Source: Perna viridis
Taxonomy: Eukaryota
DNA: 64,000 bases
Reading direction: 5' to 3'
Assembly: GCA_037379345.1 (NCBI GenBank)
Contig: CM074511.1
Span: forward strand, 21,638,001 to 21,702,000
Part shown: positions 12,873 to 26,435 of the stretch, one piece after another
Position numbering within the stretch: position 1 is the first letter of the stretch
Layout: each line of letters begins with the position of its first letter
Program-made: the position numbers and the translations under genes
The notes under the pieces: generated by a model
Told to the model about the DNA's origin: nothing
What the model saw: only the letters and a program-made list of their open reading frames with translations
Database searches by the model: none

Positions 12873-13302
12873 TTTATTATACCATCGCAAAGCATGAGGT
12901 ATAATGTGCTCATTCTGTCTGTTCGTTCATCTGTTTATCTGTCCTCACTTCTCTGAAACTGCTGAATGGAATTAGATGAAACCACACAAATTCTTTTTAT
13001 CATGATGCCATTGTGCACCCTCAATTTTGTTTTGTATCTGAATGTCTTTTGTGATTTCCTGATACAAAACATGGACTTTTTTATTGATTGACCAAGGAAG
13101 GACCATCTTCTAATCTGCTAAAACTCTTCTAAAACCACTGAATAGATTTTGATAAAAACTTTACAAAATTCTTTATTGGATAATGCCATTATGGACTTTT
13201 CAGTTAGTTTTCCATCTGAATAAACTATGAGGTTTCCTATATGATTTCTTGGGAAAAGGATAAGGGTATCACCATGTGAGCATTACTCACAATTTTTTCA
13301 TT
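12873..13302 (+). mobile_element. Helentron-like non-autonomous element with two ~180-bp internal units
   Basis: tttattatacc start, degenerate (CTGT/CCGT) microsatellite, repeated unit (ctgaat.gat...atgaaa...aaattcttt...atgccatt at ~12962 and ~13138), and a terminal hairpin gtgag-catta-ctcac. Confidence 0.55.
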
Positions 13303-13409
13303 CTTTAAGAATTTGGTGTTATGGCAGATAGTATTTAAGCATATAAAAGCAGTATAAATCTACAATAAACAAAACTAAATGATTCTTATATAACAATATT
13401 TTTTTTCAG

Positions 13410-13475
13410 ATGAACAAGCCTCCACCGTTGCCAGCTTGGTTGATAGAAGATTCTGGAAAGAGCAAGAAACCAGAT
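13410..13475 (+). CDS. DYRK2: Putative DYRK2 coding exon 2 (MNKPPPLPAWLIEDSGKSKKPD)
   Basis: Strong acceptor (T-run then CAG at 13407-13409), 66-nt open GC-richer block, GTAGGG donor at 13476. Phase 0/0, in frame with the acceptor at 20496. Confidence 0.55.
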
Positions 13476-15744
13476 GTAGGGTCACTTTATTATAAGCCTT
13501 TTCAGCTTTGTTTCTTACTTGTGCATGATCTAGTGTACTATAATCTTCACTTTGTTCTTCTTAATGCTAATAATACCTCGTAAGTTATGGGTATGTTGTT
13601 CAGAAATATTCTGTAATCACAATCATGAGTTCATGTACAACATTGATGTATCAAGGTATAATGACTTAAAATTGAAGGAATTTTAATTAACAAATTTCAT
13701 TGAGATTTTATAAAAAAAAAAAAAAAAAATGCTTCTGTTATTTCCCTTTTGCTCAAGTAGTAAAAAGAAAATCTATAAGTTGAAAAAATTAGAATTGGCA
13801 TTTTTTATATTAAATAATCTTAGATTTTTGTTTTGATAATTGGGGGATAATTCATAATTTTTCATTTGTAGATATAGAATAGTAGTTATTTGAATTTAAA
13901 ATCAATAGTAAAAAAAACATTGAAACTCGTTCCAGGAAAGAAAAAAAATCATTTTTGTAAAAGACACAGAATAAGTGGTCTTGTCTACTAGTCTAGAGAA
14001 CATTTCTGTTGGAGCATTTTTAATTTCTCAAAATGTACACCACATTTCGAAAATAACCAACACATTTTATAAATTTTGCATAAGATAAAAAGGTTATTGA
14101 CTTCATTAGATTTACCTTTTAAGTATTAAATTTTGATACAGGATGACATTGACAACTTTTGTGACAAGTTAAGATCGGAACGATCTAAGTATTTGTTGGT
14201 AAGACATTGTTTAGCAAGGTAGCAGTTGCACTATTTCAGTGATTGTATTGAAAGCTTTTGATAGAAACCCTTCCTTTTACCTAGCTTTTTTATTGTATAC
14301 ATATATATATTGTTATGTACAACAGTTTCATAGGTAACATTTATTAGAAGTAATGACAATACTACATGCCGGTAATAGTACAATAATTAGGTCTGGTCAG
14401 GTAGAAAGTGACATCAAATATTTAAAGATTTAAAGAAAGATAACTATATTAAAAGCTTAATTTCATTTATAATTGTGTGATAATTAACAGAAATAAAAAG
14501 AAGAAAATTGCACTATCACCTTTCCTCTATACCATGAAATGTTTATGGTTATATCAGGAATGAACAAAAGACTAAAAAAAGACCCATCATAATACTGGTA
14601 TTCATTTTTAATGGTATATGAAATTATTATAAGACTGTGGGCTGATTCCATTGTTTCTTAAATGGTAATAAAGACTTAGAATATTAATTCTACAAAGATT
14701 GCTCTTTTTTGCATTGTGTAGATTTTTTGTCAGCTAAACCATACTTATGGTTTTTCCTACTATCTGAGGTAGTTAACATATGTGAATATAGATTACGACT
14801 CAATAGTGTCAGGTCTACCTATAGATATTTTATAGCATTTTGTTCCCATACCTTGTGTAGATGCATTTTTTTCAGGTTTGTTTTGCCAATTTGCTTTTGA
14901 ATTGTGTGAAATTATTTAAAAAAAATTTAACTACATTGATGGGTATAAAACATAGACTGTGATGTATCAATTCAAATTAAATTGAATGAACTTTTTGGCT
15001 GCATCACAATTTTGTTTTTAGATTTTTTTGTTGTTGTTAAATTGTGTTTTTTGAAGTTTTTAAAATTTCCACATGGGACTTGTTAAACAAATAAAGCATA
15101 AAACTAGCCAATCATCCTCTGATCCAGATTTAATTCCTGGTATATGTGATAAAGGGGTCTTAAATGAAGATGGGAATGGTAAACCTAATATTTATTTCTC
15201 CTTTATGTATTATATCTGTTGATTGTGACCAGTTTCACTTTATATTTTTTTGTTTAAAATCTCAATGGTTTACATGTAAATGTATATAGTACATGTACTT
15301 TGTTCTAAAAAGGAAATGCTACTTGATAAACTGATAAAGTGGTTATTTCCATTTCAAAGCCTCGATGACAGTTAATCATAGTGCATTTTTTAAATCTGTA
15401 GCTTTTATGTAATAGAGTTATTTATGTATCAACATTTTCTGTTATGTAGAATAAATGATTGCCTCTATATACTCTTTAAACCATACACTGCAATTGTACT
15501 GTGTAAATACACTGAATATATAATGTAAATATATAGATGCACATGTGTTGTGTAACTTGTGTTGTGTATTATAGCACATTTTGTAATATTTCTTTGACTT
15601 ACCTAAGTAGATTCCAAAATAACATTGATGTTATGTATGTATGTAGACAGAAGAATTCATTACAGTCTGTTCATTAAGAAAAGGAGATTATATAAGTGAT
15701 CTGCTACATAAAACCACCAAATTTCAAACAGGGACTTTATGTTA

Positions 15745-15953
15745 CAGGGACTTGTCACTCTTTACAAAGTCTATATAATGTATAAAAATAACTGTGCCTC
15801 CCCAGTTTTGATACTGGTTAAACTTTAAGCCTATCAGATTTACATTTGACTTGTGTATACTCAAAAAAAAGAGAAAGTATTCAGAATTTTAGTCATATAG
15901 TTATAACATTGACAAATTAATAATGACAAAGTTAGGATGAAAATACTGAAGAA
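15745..15953 (+). repeat. Dispersed repeat, copy 2 of the 5607-5840 family
   Basis: Direct similarity to 5607-5840. Confidence 0.7.
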
Positions 15954-18900
15954 TATCTGTATGTCCATGTCCAGATCCTTTTGACCATTCTATTAGCGAA
16001 AAGTATAACTTACATTGCACTGTTTAATAAGGTTAAAAGAAATTCAACTTTATATTGCAATTTTTGCATATTTAGTTTATTGTAACTTTCATAAAGCTAT
16101 CATAAATCAATGCTACCAGCATTTTATGGTAAATATCAAACAGTGTTTTCATATTACTATTGGTACATGTAATTGAAGTAAATCTAAAGCGTTTCATTAA
16201 AATATAAATTTAAACAAATGTACAGGATAAGCATTTAAAAGAAAGATTTACTATGCATATATGTATATCCCATGATATATTCTAATTTTCAATGTAATGC
16301 AATATTTACAATATTTTCACAGAGTGTTCCAAATTTAGAGTCTATTTCATCCTCCCTACAACATCTGTGGGCTTTGGCAGAAGAGGTTGGAGCTAAACAA
16401 ACAGAAAAACAACTGGGTAGATATGAGGTAAGGTGGTAACATGTAGGTACCGTTATTCTGTGATCACAAAAAGTCATAAGTGTAAAATTGACCATAAGGT
16501 ATGATAAAAAGGTTTGTAAGTCTCATTCTAGTTTCTTCATTTTCTATTTCGGAATTTCCTATATAGAACATATTGAAATCCAAAGACCCATTTGTATCTT
16601 ATTGTTTACTTCCAGGATCTCAAAACGCTACCTTACAATGCAAAATCTTCTATTCTATGCTATTGTTAATATTTTTATGATGTAAATCTGGATATTTGTA
16701 ATTTTAATACTGAACTCAATGCTCTGTAAATGGCCTAGCTCCATGCATTTGATTAATAGACTATGACCCAATCTTGTGAAACAGCATAGTCACGTGACGA
16801 GACTTACACACCCTATTCAAAATAGCATTCTGACACCATGCTATCAATTTCACACTTTCAAATTTTTGACTGCTGTACTTTTAAAAATCTCAAAATTCAT
16901 CACTTCCAGAGGTGTTTACCATTACAATTACAGTTTTCCTATTAGTTTCTATGATATTTTAGTGCAAATTACACTCTATGCATTGTGATCTTCATAAAAA
17001 AAAACTATGTTAATATGACACAAAGTTTAAGATTTTATGAATCATTTTCATAAAATATTCATAAAATAAAACTATGGTTGGTCTTAAAATAGCATAAACA
17101 GGTCTGCACTTCCAATGGTTGGTTACTTCAAATGATGTTGAATTCTGATCAGACTACATACATCACATTTATCACTTGCCAAAACAAAATTTTAGAAAAG
17201 TACAATTATCCCAATACAATTTATACTATGTTATCCATGATAATTTGGTTTCAGGTTGATGGATGTTATGAAATAAACTTGCTGTCATACACCTGAGAGA
17301 AGAATAAAGTCCAAGAAAAGACACAACTTTAAAGAAAGAAAAAGTGAATGTGTCCTATAAATGCTTCTTGTACCTTCATAAATTAGTGACAATGCAATGA
17401 AATGTTTATAAATGTGATTTAAAATATCATATTTGTCAAAATGTCAGTAATGTATCAAATATTTTTCGTTCAATGCTGGTCCTCCTGACTTTTCCTGGAA
17501 TAAAAAATAAATAAATGAAATAGTCGGAGCAATACAAAGTAATATAAAGTGCATACAAAGTTAACTCCCCTTTTCCAAACTCTCCACAGACATTGCTATG
17601 ATCACTAGAACAATCCATCTGATTTATACTAGCTTTTGCCTTGTTGTTAATTCTAGAATTAAGAAATCTTAAGATAAATTGTTTGTCACTGTTCTTGGAA
17701 CAATCAACATGTCGTAAATATATATTATATTTGTTAAACTTTTTTAATATTTATTGGTTTTAAAGATGTCATTAATTGTTACAACTTCGATTGAAGGTTG
17801 AAATGAAAGATGAATTTGCTTTTTAACTATATTTTACATATTTAATGTTAAGAGAGATTCTTAAAATCAGGGGAAAAACTACTGAATGTTTTGATCATGT
17901 GTACTTTAAATATGATTCTCAATTTGTTTAGTTTATTTATGTTACAATGTACAGCTTGAACAATAAAAGTTTCTAAATGTCTTGACTGATATATAAAAAA
18001 AGGAATTATGGAATCAAGGTGAATGTTTTTTAGATTTTGTATTTCCTTAACAGTTTTTATTGGGTTTTCAAAAAACAACAGTAGAAAGAAGGATGTGAAT
18101 GAAGCAAATAAAGGAGTTGGTCTGGTAAGGGCAAAATTTGACCTTTAAATAATCAACCTGAAGAAAATTTTATGACGTTTCTCCAACTCTTTACTATGTT
18201 TTACAGTTGACTTGATTAGTTTATGGTAATCAATTAAACATATTGAAATTGGAAAAATCTGTTAAAAAGGCTGGAAAACACCAGAACCAGAAGTTTTTCA
18301 CTCTTTTAACAATGGCTGCACACGTGTGCATTCTCATGCTTCATAGCTTTTGTTTATAATTGTCAGTTACAACTGTGAAAATATCTTGAGTTAACAAATG
18401 TGTGGCCACTTCTGTTCCACCCAAAACTGTATGATATTAAAATTGCAGAAATATTTAAAGTTTAGGGTTTTTGTAAATGTTGCATATATACATACTGTTA
18501 TTTCTGGAATAATGTCATAAATCTTGTCAAAAACAGCTTGCATTCAGTTTTTGCAACCATTTTACTATACTATTACTACATAGAAATTGGCTTTTAAATT
18601 TTTCTAAAATGCACAAATTATGAGCCAAAAGGGGTCCTAACTGAACTTTCTCCTTTTGTCAGAGGCTTTTTTACTTGTTCTACATCATTTTACTTTACCC
18701 ATAAAATAATTTATCATCAATCACCCAATGTATGATTAAACCTTTAATACATATAACACAATCAAATATTTATATAAAAGGCTATATCGTGCGTGAAAAA
18801 TAAATCCAGTACAATATTTGTCCTATCTCAATAGCTGAATCACAGGATTTTTAGGGCCAGAAACATGAAGAACAAGTCACAAATATAAATTAAGGAACCC

Positions 18901-19283
18901 AGAAGTACATACAGAAATAAAAATACTGAAAAGTGGAACAGTTTTCCATCGAAAATCATTTCATGTTAAGAGGAAGAACATCTATGAAAGATGGAGTTGT
19001 TGGTCATTCTGGAAATGACACTTTGTATGTGTCAATCAGATAAACCTTAACCTGGGAAAAAAAACTTGTTCATGTCGCTTTTGTGTTAAAAAAAAAAGCT
19101 CAGCCTATCTAGAAAGTTGATGCATGAGCCACAATGTCTTGCAAATCAAGGTGTTGGTAATCAGGATTCAAATGGTAATACTGGTAAATAAGAACATAGT
19201 CCAGGTATAATGACTGAAAAACGAGAATAGAGTAAACAGGCATAACAAAGAACATGACACAATAAAATAACTTGCACATAAAA

Positions 19284-19394
19284 CAAAAGTAAATGAGCTA
19301 CCTTGACTCCATTAACATCTTGGAATATGGACCAGGTGCACTGGTATTGTAAGCATTCCCTGCATTTCTAGAAAGACCCGCCAAGTTGCTCATA
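19284..19394 (-). repeat. Dispersed repeat, inverted copy of 46034-46144
   Basis: Its reverse complement tatgagcaacttggcgggtctttctagaaatgcagggaatgcttac...cacctggtccata aligns with tatgagcaacttggcaggtgtttccagaaaagcaatggatgcttac...catctggtccata at 46034. Confidence 0.8.
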
Positions 19395-20288
19395 AAATGT
19401 CACAAGTAAGACGGGAGATAAAAATTATTTAATGTTTCTGCATAGAAATGTATAATTGGCAATGGGCAAACGAAAGTTCTTATATTTGAAAAAAGACACT
19501 TGGAAAACTTTTTTTCCCTTGTTGAATTAGAGATGAAGCTCGAGATAAGAGGCAGATATTGTTATGCCTCTTTTTATCCTTTTTTTCAGACTCTTTGGGA
19601 TAAAAGCAAAGAACATAGTCACCAACTCAAGGTTTATTAAGTATTAAAACATCAAGCCAATTTGCATTTCTTTTGTTTGAGTAAGTTGTGGATGTAGCAT
19701 GCCTCATTAATAGATCAAGATTACCAAAAAGAAATTGTCTACTCGTGCTGATTCATTTAAATTAAATTTAAGATCCCATTGAATGAAAGAAAATAGACTC
19801 GAAACTAAAAAGATTGTTTTGAATACACACAAATGTAGTAATAATCATGCAACAATATTAAAGCTTCATGCTTTTAAAGGGAGCTAATTCTGACAGAAAA
19901 TGTACTGATGTACACCTCGATTTATAATTGTCAACATCTCAACAGCCCACATACCTTCTTTTGTTTTTGTTTTCAGTTTGTTTTTATTTTTATTATTTTT
20001 TTTCCTATTGAAAACTTTTATTGCTTTCATCAAAAATGACTGAGACTGATTAGAAAAAAATTAAAATCGAAAAAAATATGAATATTTTTTAAATAAATCA
20101 ATTTAAGTGTTACATACAAGTGTATGCATACATTTTCTATGTAATGAAAATAGATTGGTTTTGGAAAAAAGAAAACTAATCTTTTAGTCAATGAAACAAA
20201 AAATTATTTTATTTGGTTTTAAAATTCGTTCCTTGAAGTATAATCCGTATTATTAGTACAGCCAACATTTTGCGCACATGTGACCACA

Positions 20289-20310
20289 GTTTCCATGACG
20301 TCATAGACAC
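20289..20310. promoter_or_regulatory. 22-bp near-palindrome: CRE (TGACGTCA) flanked by RFX X-box-like half sites
   Basis: GTTTCCATGACGTCATAGACAC has a perfect ATGACGTCAT core (20295-20304). A second half-site TTGGCAAC lies at 20329-20336, in a CpG-retaining patch just upstream of the DYRK2 main exon. Confidence 0.45.
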
Positions 20311-20495
20311 TGCACAACTGGGTCGTGCTTGGCAACCGATCCTCCATACTGGTCTTCGAAAATATAGCAACAGACGTGTTGTATGGAATAATTTTAATGT
20401 AGGATCTTAATAACACATTCTTAGTACAGAATTCAGTATGAATGAAAGGTGAGATCTTAGGTTGATAAACAAATGACGGCAAAATTGGTCTCCAG

Positions 20496-22238
20496 GCAAG
20501 ATCTCAGGGCTATAAACAATCAGGAGGGGGTAAAATGTCGACACGAGTCAAACCCCTCCCAATTCAACCGCTACAAGTACAAAGGACTCGTTCTATGTTG
20601 ACCACTGGGGACATGTATTCTCACCAAACGACGATCGATGCCGCCCAGCACTTACCACCCCTAACAAGTCAAACAGTAGGTGGTGGTGCACATAGTGCTC
20701 ATATTTCAAGTGGGGTCAAGGTACAACAACTTTATGAGGACCATAAACATCATTCAAAGCATCATTCCCAACACACAGGGGATTCTAGTAAAGAATCAAA
20801 TGCAGTTGTGCGACCCAGTTCAAGTGCAGGTAGTATTGGAAGCAAAGGTGGTTCGGCTGCAAGACGCAACACAGCATGGAGTCCTGAATCAGCAATGAAG
20901 CAGTTTATGCATAAACTTACTTCGTTTGAACATCATGAAATATTTAATTTTCCATCAGTTTTTTTTGTTGGACAAAATGCAAAGAAAAGGCAAGGTGTTG
21001 TTGGTGGTGCAAACAATAATGGCTATGATGATGACCAAGGTTCTTACATTCATGTGCCACATGATCATATTGCTTATCGGTATGAAGTACTAAAAGTTAT
21101 TGGTAAAGGTAGTTTCGGACAAGTAGTTAAAGCTTATGATCATAAAGTTGCTCAGCATGTGGCATTAAAAATGGTTCGAAACGAAAAGAGATTTCATCGA
21201 CAGGCACAGGAAGAAATTAGAATTTTAGAGCACTTGAAGAAACAAGATAAAGACAACACAATGAACATAGTTCATATGATGGAACATTTTTCATTCCGTA
21301 ATCACATTTGTATAACATTTGAGTTGCTTAGTATGAACCTTTATGAACTCATTAAGAAGAATAAATTCCAGGGATTCAGTTTACAACTAGTTCGAAAGTT
21401 TGCTCACTCAATACTGCAATGTTTAGATGCACTGTACAAAAATAGAATCATTCATTGTGACCTTAAACCTGAGAACATTCTTCTGAAGCAGCAGGGACGT
21501 AGTGGAATCAAAGTCATAGACTTTGGTTCAAGCTGTTATGAACATCAGCGTATTTATACATACATTCAATCTAGGTTCTACAGAGCACCAGAAGTTATAC
21601 TTGGTGCAAAGTATGGTATGCCTATAGATATGTGGAGTTTAGGTTGCATCTTAGCTGAACTTTTGACAGGATACCCTCTCTTTCCTGGTGAGGATGAAGG
21701 TGATCAATTGGCATGCATTATTGAATTAAATGGAATGCCACCACAAAAGCTTCTTGAGCAGTCAAAAAGAGCAAGGAATTTTATAAGCTCAAAGGGATAT
21801 GCTAGGTATTGTACTGTAACTACTTTACCTGATGGCAGCACTGTCGTCAACGGGGGAAGGTCCAGACGAGGAAAACCAAGAGGTCCACCTAGTAGTAAAG
21901 ATATGGTCACTGCATTGAAGGGCTGTGAAGATCCCCTCTTTTCAGATTTCATGAAAAGATGCTTAGAATGGGAGCCATCCCAAAGAATGACTCCCAGTCA
22001 AGCTCTGCGTCATCCATGGCTGAGGCGTCGATTGCCAAAACCTCCTCCTAATGAAGCAAGAACGGACTCAGCATCAAGAAGAAAAACATCTACAGCTAAT
22101 ACAACAAGTGTTATTATTTCTAAAGGGCCACAAAGTGGAAACTCTAGTGGAAAGGGGCGAAATCCCATGTCTTATGATGAAATGTCAGCTCCAATGCCAG
22201 CTCGAACAAAACTGCCACAAATAGGATCAACAACGTAG
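20496..22238 (+). CDS. DYRK2: Dual-specificity tyrosine-phosphorylation-regulated kinase 2 (class 2 DYRK), main coding exon
   Basis: 567-aa ORF from ATG 20535 with VQQLYED, the NAPA region ([18 protein letters not shown]), DH box (YDDDQGSY), [45 protein letters not shown] (YxY activation loop) and [10 protein letters not shown]. The kinase domain is very close to vertebrate DYRK2. An in-frame acceptor (ctccag| at 20495) adds [13 protein letters not shown] before the ATG. Confidence 0.96.
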   Translation, partial: ARSQGYKQSGGGKMSTRVKPLPIQPLQVQRTRSMLTTGDMYSHQTTIDAAQHLPPLTSQTVGGGAHSAHISSGVKVQQLYEDHKHHSKHHSQHTGDSSKESNAVVRPSSSAGSIGSKGGSAARRNTAWSPESAMKQFMHKLTSFEHHEIFNFPSVFFVGQNAKKRQGVVGGANNNGYDDDQGSYIHVPHDHIAYRYEVLKVIGKGSFGQVVKAYDHKVAQHVALKMVRNEKRFHRQAQEEIRILEHLKKQDKDNTMNIVHMMEHFSFRNHICITFELLSMNLYELIKKNKFQGFSLQLVRKFAHSILQCLDALYKNRIIHCDLKPENILLKQQGRSGIKVIDFGSSCYEHQRIYTYIQSRFYRAPEVILGAKYGMPIDMWSLGCILAELLTGYPLFPGEDEGDQLACIIELNGMPPQKLLEQSKRARNFISSKGYARYCTVTTLPDGSTVVNGGRSRRGKPRGPPSSKDMVTALKGCEDPLFSDFMKRCLEWEPSQRMTPSQALRHPWLRRRLPKPPPNEARTDSASRRKTSTANTTSVIISKGPQSGNSSGKGRNPMSYDEMSAPMPARTKLPQIGSTT

Positions 22239-25200
22239 ACTGTGATTTTTAAACTAGGTATTGTGATGCAAATATTGTGAATTGCCGTCCAATATATCAA
22301 GATCTTGTGTTTCAACAGGTTGTACACCAGTTTACTCTTAAGATTTCAATATGTGTGATTTTTTTTTCTCCCATCTATTTCCTGAAAAGCCAAAACAATT
22401 ATAGCTGTTCAATGATAAATACGGATTAATCAAGAGTGTTCTTCATTTAAAACTGCAGAAAGTTCGAGGCAGAAGTTGGAGGTATATCAGTATCTGAGAT
22501 GAGTGCATATCTTGGGTTGAATTTTAGAAATTGGTAAGAGAACAGTGTGAAAACATTCAAAAGCTTTTCTGTGATCAAGTCATTATTTTGATTTTTACGT
22601 GTATAAATTGGGTATTTATATGAAATTTTGTGATGAATATTCATGAGTGCTATGTTATTTATTGAAAATTCCAATTTTGTCCATGAAAAGCTCTGTCATG
22701 TTGTTGGAATGAATTTTATAAGACATAGAGCACATAACATTGAGCCGTTTGAAAAATGATACCAAGTCTGCCATTTAAAGTGTTGAAATCATACACTTAA
22801 TGCTTGATCATTGTCTTTTGTTATAACAGAACTTTTTGTATTTGTCAAAGTAACCTAAACATAAACATGTTCAGTGTAGCTTACATTCCTAGCTACGGGT
22901 AAATACAGATAAATTCAATTCATTAGTCTCTGGTTAAATCATACATATACGTGTATAAAAGAATACAGTTGGACCTTTCTAGTAATCTTTACATTTAAAA
23001 ATAATAGTTAATGATGCTAAATTCAATATTTTTATTGAACTTTTACAGCTGCTGTTAAACTCTTTTTTAACCAAGCTTGTTAGTTCTTTTTTAATAAACT
23101 TTTTTTCAATTTTTTCAAAGCATTACAAAATCTTAACAGTACACATGTAAAGGTACTGTAACAACACACATCATTCTGTTCATTTGTTTGTACATAGTGT
23201 ACTTATGTTTATAAGTGATAATGAGGTTGCATTCTTATATTCTGCAATCTACCTATTTCCTTTTGTAACTGCCTGTAAATTGTAAGGTTTGTGATTAGCA
23301 AGGCTAAATATTTATGTTTTTTTTTATCTATATGGAATTCAGATCATTAACCACTTACAGATGTAAGTAGATCTGACAAGGACAAGTGAAAGTTATACAC
23401 ACCAAATAAATGCAATATTTGAAATTTGTTTGTGAATTATACTTTCATTTCATGATTTGGTGTTAAATATTGATCTACCAGATGCAAAGTTGAATGTTCT
23501 TTTAGAATGCTGATGCATATTGTATTATTCTGTGGTAAAATTGTAACGTATGCTTCATCACTGCCATTGCGTTGAGTGTTAGGCCTATGTTTAATATAAT
23601 GTTTACTGGATCTAATTTTTTAATGCATGATTTCCTTGAATGATCTAAATTATCAGTTCAATTTGTTTCTAGTTCTTTTCATTTTGTCAGTGATAATATT
23701 TTGTTAAAAAGAAAACAGTTGTTACATTACAGAAATCCTGCTTTCTGCTCATTGGAAAAATTTTTCTCAAATGCAGTAGAAACAAAAGAATTGATCTACT
23801 TCATTTTTTTTTTAAATTGATTACTTTTATAAAAACCATTTAGCAGTCATAAAGGAAATTCCATATTCTAAAGAATTATGCAATCAAAAAAGACTTATTT
23901 CAATTTGTCATTGCGTTTTTACTGTGAATTTTGGTGGGACTGTAAAGAAATTAAAATTCTCAATGTTGTTAATACATATCAATACTTATTGTCTAGGTTT
24001 TCTCTTATCACTTAAACTTTAGTACACTGGTCTACTTACAACAAAGTTAATCATTCTTTTTTATAAACTTAAAATTTTGTGAGTATGAATTATAAAACAT
24101 TGGTTCTGCATTAAACATGTTTTTACTGTTGTTTGGTAAATCTGCATTGATTATCTGACCCACATGTAAATCTGGTGGTATGTAATTAATTCTGTGCTAT
24201 GTTTTTGTACACTATTGCCATAGCCCTTGATATCAATAAGTAATGGATAATTAGCTTGGTAACCTAGCAGGTCAATAATATGTTCTGCCATACATGTATA
24301 TTGGTCATGTTGGTTTTTTTTTAAATTTATATATTTATGGAAGAATTGAAGTTTATTTTTATTACTTATTTTAGGTACAATTTTTACCTGTATTGATTTC
24401 AGTATTTAGTTTTTACATTTCCTAGTTTAAATGAGATAATTATTCTCAAAGTACAAATGTATAGGCATTTTTTGTGCTTTTCATGAATGTTAGGTTTATT
24501 TCTTGAATGACTTTTAATTGTAATACTTCAAGTTCCAACTGAACTGTGTTCCGTTGTACAAGGTACAATACTTTTTAGACCAATATGTGTAACTATTTAA
24601 GAGATGGCAGAACATATTCTTTCTTCTGAGCCAAGATACTCTGTACATATCATTGTATGTTTTAAAATGCCATCAAAATATATCAAATTTAAAAGTACAT
24701 GTATAGTGAAGCATATATTAAATTATGCTGAGTGCAGACAATTTTTTAATACTCTTATTACTTATATGTACATGAAGTTAAAGAGAACTTCAACTTGAAT
24801 GTTCACTTAATTTATGCTAGGCATGATTTAATGCTGAACTCTATGAGATTTTCACTTGGCAGCATTGTGATTCAATGCCTGCAGATATAGCATTTATTTT
24901 CAATATTTAAAAGAACAAAGAGCTTAAGGCAGAGCAATCTGAAAATTTTGAAGGAAAATGCTTTTTAATTTTAATTGTTTGCTCTCTTTATTGTTAAATA
25001 ATTGATAAAATCACAATTTTTTTATTGAATGATTTTCAATGTTCCACCGATGCTTTTAGTGTTATCATGTAGATTAATGGTATTTTTGTCAATGGTTTGA
25101 GGAAGAATGTCTATATTTAAGCTAAAAGATGAGTTTGATAATTGTTCATTCACCCACTAAGTACGAATATGATTGATGTCATAATGGAACAGTTCTATTT

Positions 25201-26435
25201 TAGCATGAAGGACATATACTAGTCTCAGTATTATACCAGTGTACATGTTCAGTGCTATGGTTGAATCTGTAAAAAACGATAAATGCTTATGAGAGGTTGT
25301 TTGCATCTTAATGGTACAGTAATTTATAAAACAATATTGTTTTACTTTTACAAAACACCTTGTATGTTAGCTGTTTTCTACATTGTTAGTTATTTCTTAC
25401 TATATTTTAGTATTTTTTTTTAGTCTGAAATCTCAATTTTAAAGCTAGATTTGGTTGTGTAAAATGTATGCTTTATGGGTGGGTTGGTTGGTTTTTTTCA
25501 AGCTTCTTAGTGCAAATGGGCTGAGAAAATAGTCAAATAAGATTTCTTCCATGTTTGACATTGTAAAATCAATCTCCTAGACTCTTGCCTAATGAGGATA
25601 GTGTTTTATCATTAAGTTCATTGATTTTATGTAATACTTGACATGCTAAGCTTAACAAGAGCTTCAATGACTTCTTTATCATATCTTTGTCCATTTACCA
25701 TCTAAAAATAAATAGTTATTTTAGGTTAAATATTTACAATGGGGGAAATAATATATGGAATTCAAGGAATTCGATTGTTTGAATAAGGTGGTAAGAAATG
25801 ATGATCTTATTTTGGGAGATGTGAAAGTTCCTCTTTGGGATTTTTTTTCTTCAAGGTGTAAAGAGAAATTCTCAGATGTGTGATATTTGGTAAACAAATA
25901 AGGCTGATAGATTTTGGGATTTTCTCAGGTTCTTTATATAAAAAAGGTGATCAAATAAGGCTGACCTTATTTTTTACAATAGATTTGGGGTTTTTCTCTG
26001 GTTATCTCTATAATCAATTAAATGTTGAGGATGATGAGTCAGATTTTATGGCTGTGTCTGAAAGAGAATGTATGAAATTGGATTGTGATTTTTTTTTAAT
26101 ATGTTATTTGTGAATTTTAAGTCATTATTTTATATTTTACCAATTTTTTATTTGTATATATACATCAAATTTGTTTAAAGATTACAAAATCAGGATTTTT
26201 AATTGTATATAGCTCTATTGCAATCTACTCTTGTTCAATTGAAGTGTGATGTTTACTTGTTTGAAATAGAATGTCAGATTGTTACACTACTTCTGTTTTT
26301 TAAACGACAAAATCCTGTAGATTTTAAACAATTGATGATAAATTTCATTTTTTGTAACAGTGACTGTATTCGTTATATTAACAGAAGTGTACTGAAGTCA
26401 AAATATGTATATTAAAATGACACAACTTTCTTTCT
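22239..26435 (+). other. DYRK2: Inferred DYRK2 3' UTR (~4.2 kb)
   Basis: T-rich, repeat-poor sequence after the stop. ATTAAA at 26411-26416 is followed by a T/GT-rich tract. Earlier AATAAA sites (~23093, ~23405, ~25707) could be alternative ends. Confidence 0.45.

Noticed and set aside
20680-21952. Short ORFs overlapping DYRK2 (20680-20898 + and 21704-21952 -)
   Set aside because: Shadow ORFs of the real coding sequence.
20535-22238. DYRK2 as a retrocopy because the kinase ORF has no introns
   Set aside because: Vertebrate DYRK2 and DYRK3 also encode the kinase in one large exon. There is an in-frame splice acceptor upstream, no poly(A) tail or TSD, and the ORF is intact.
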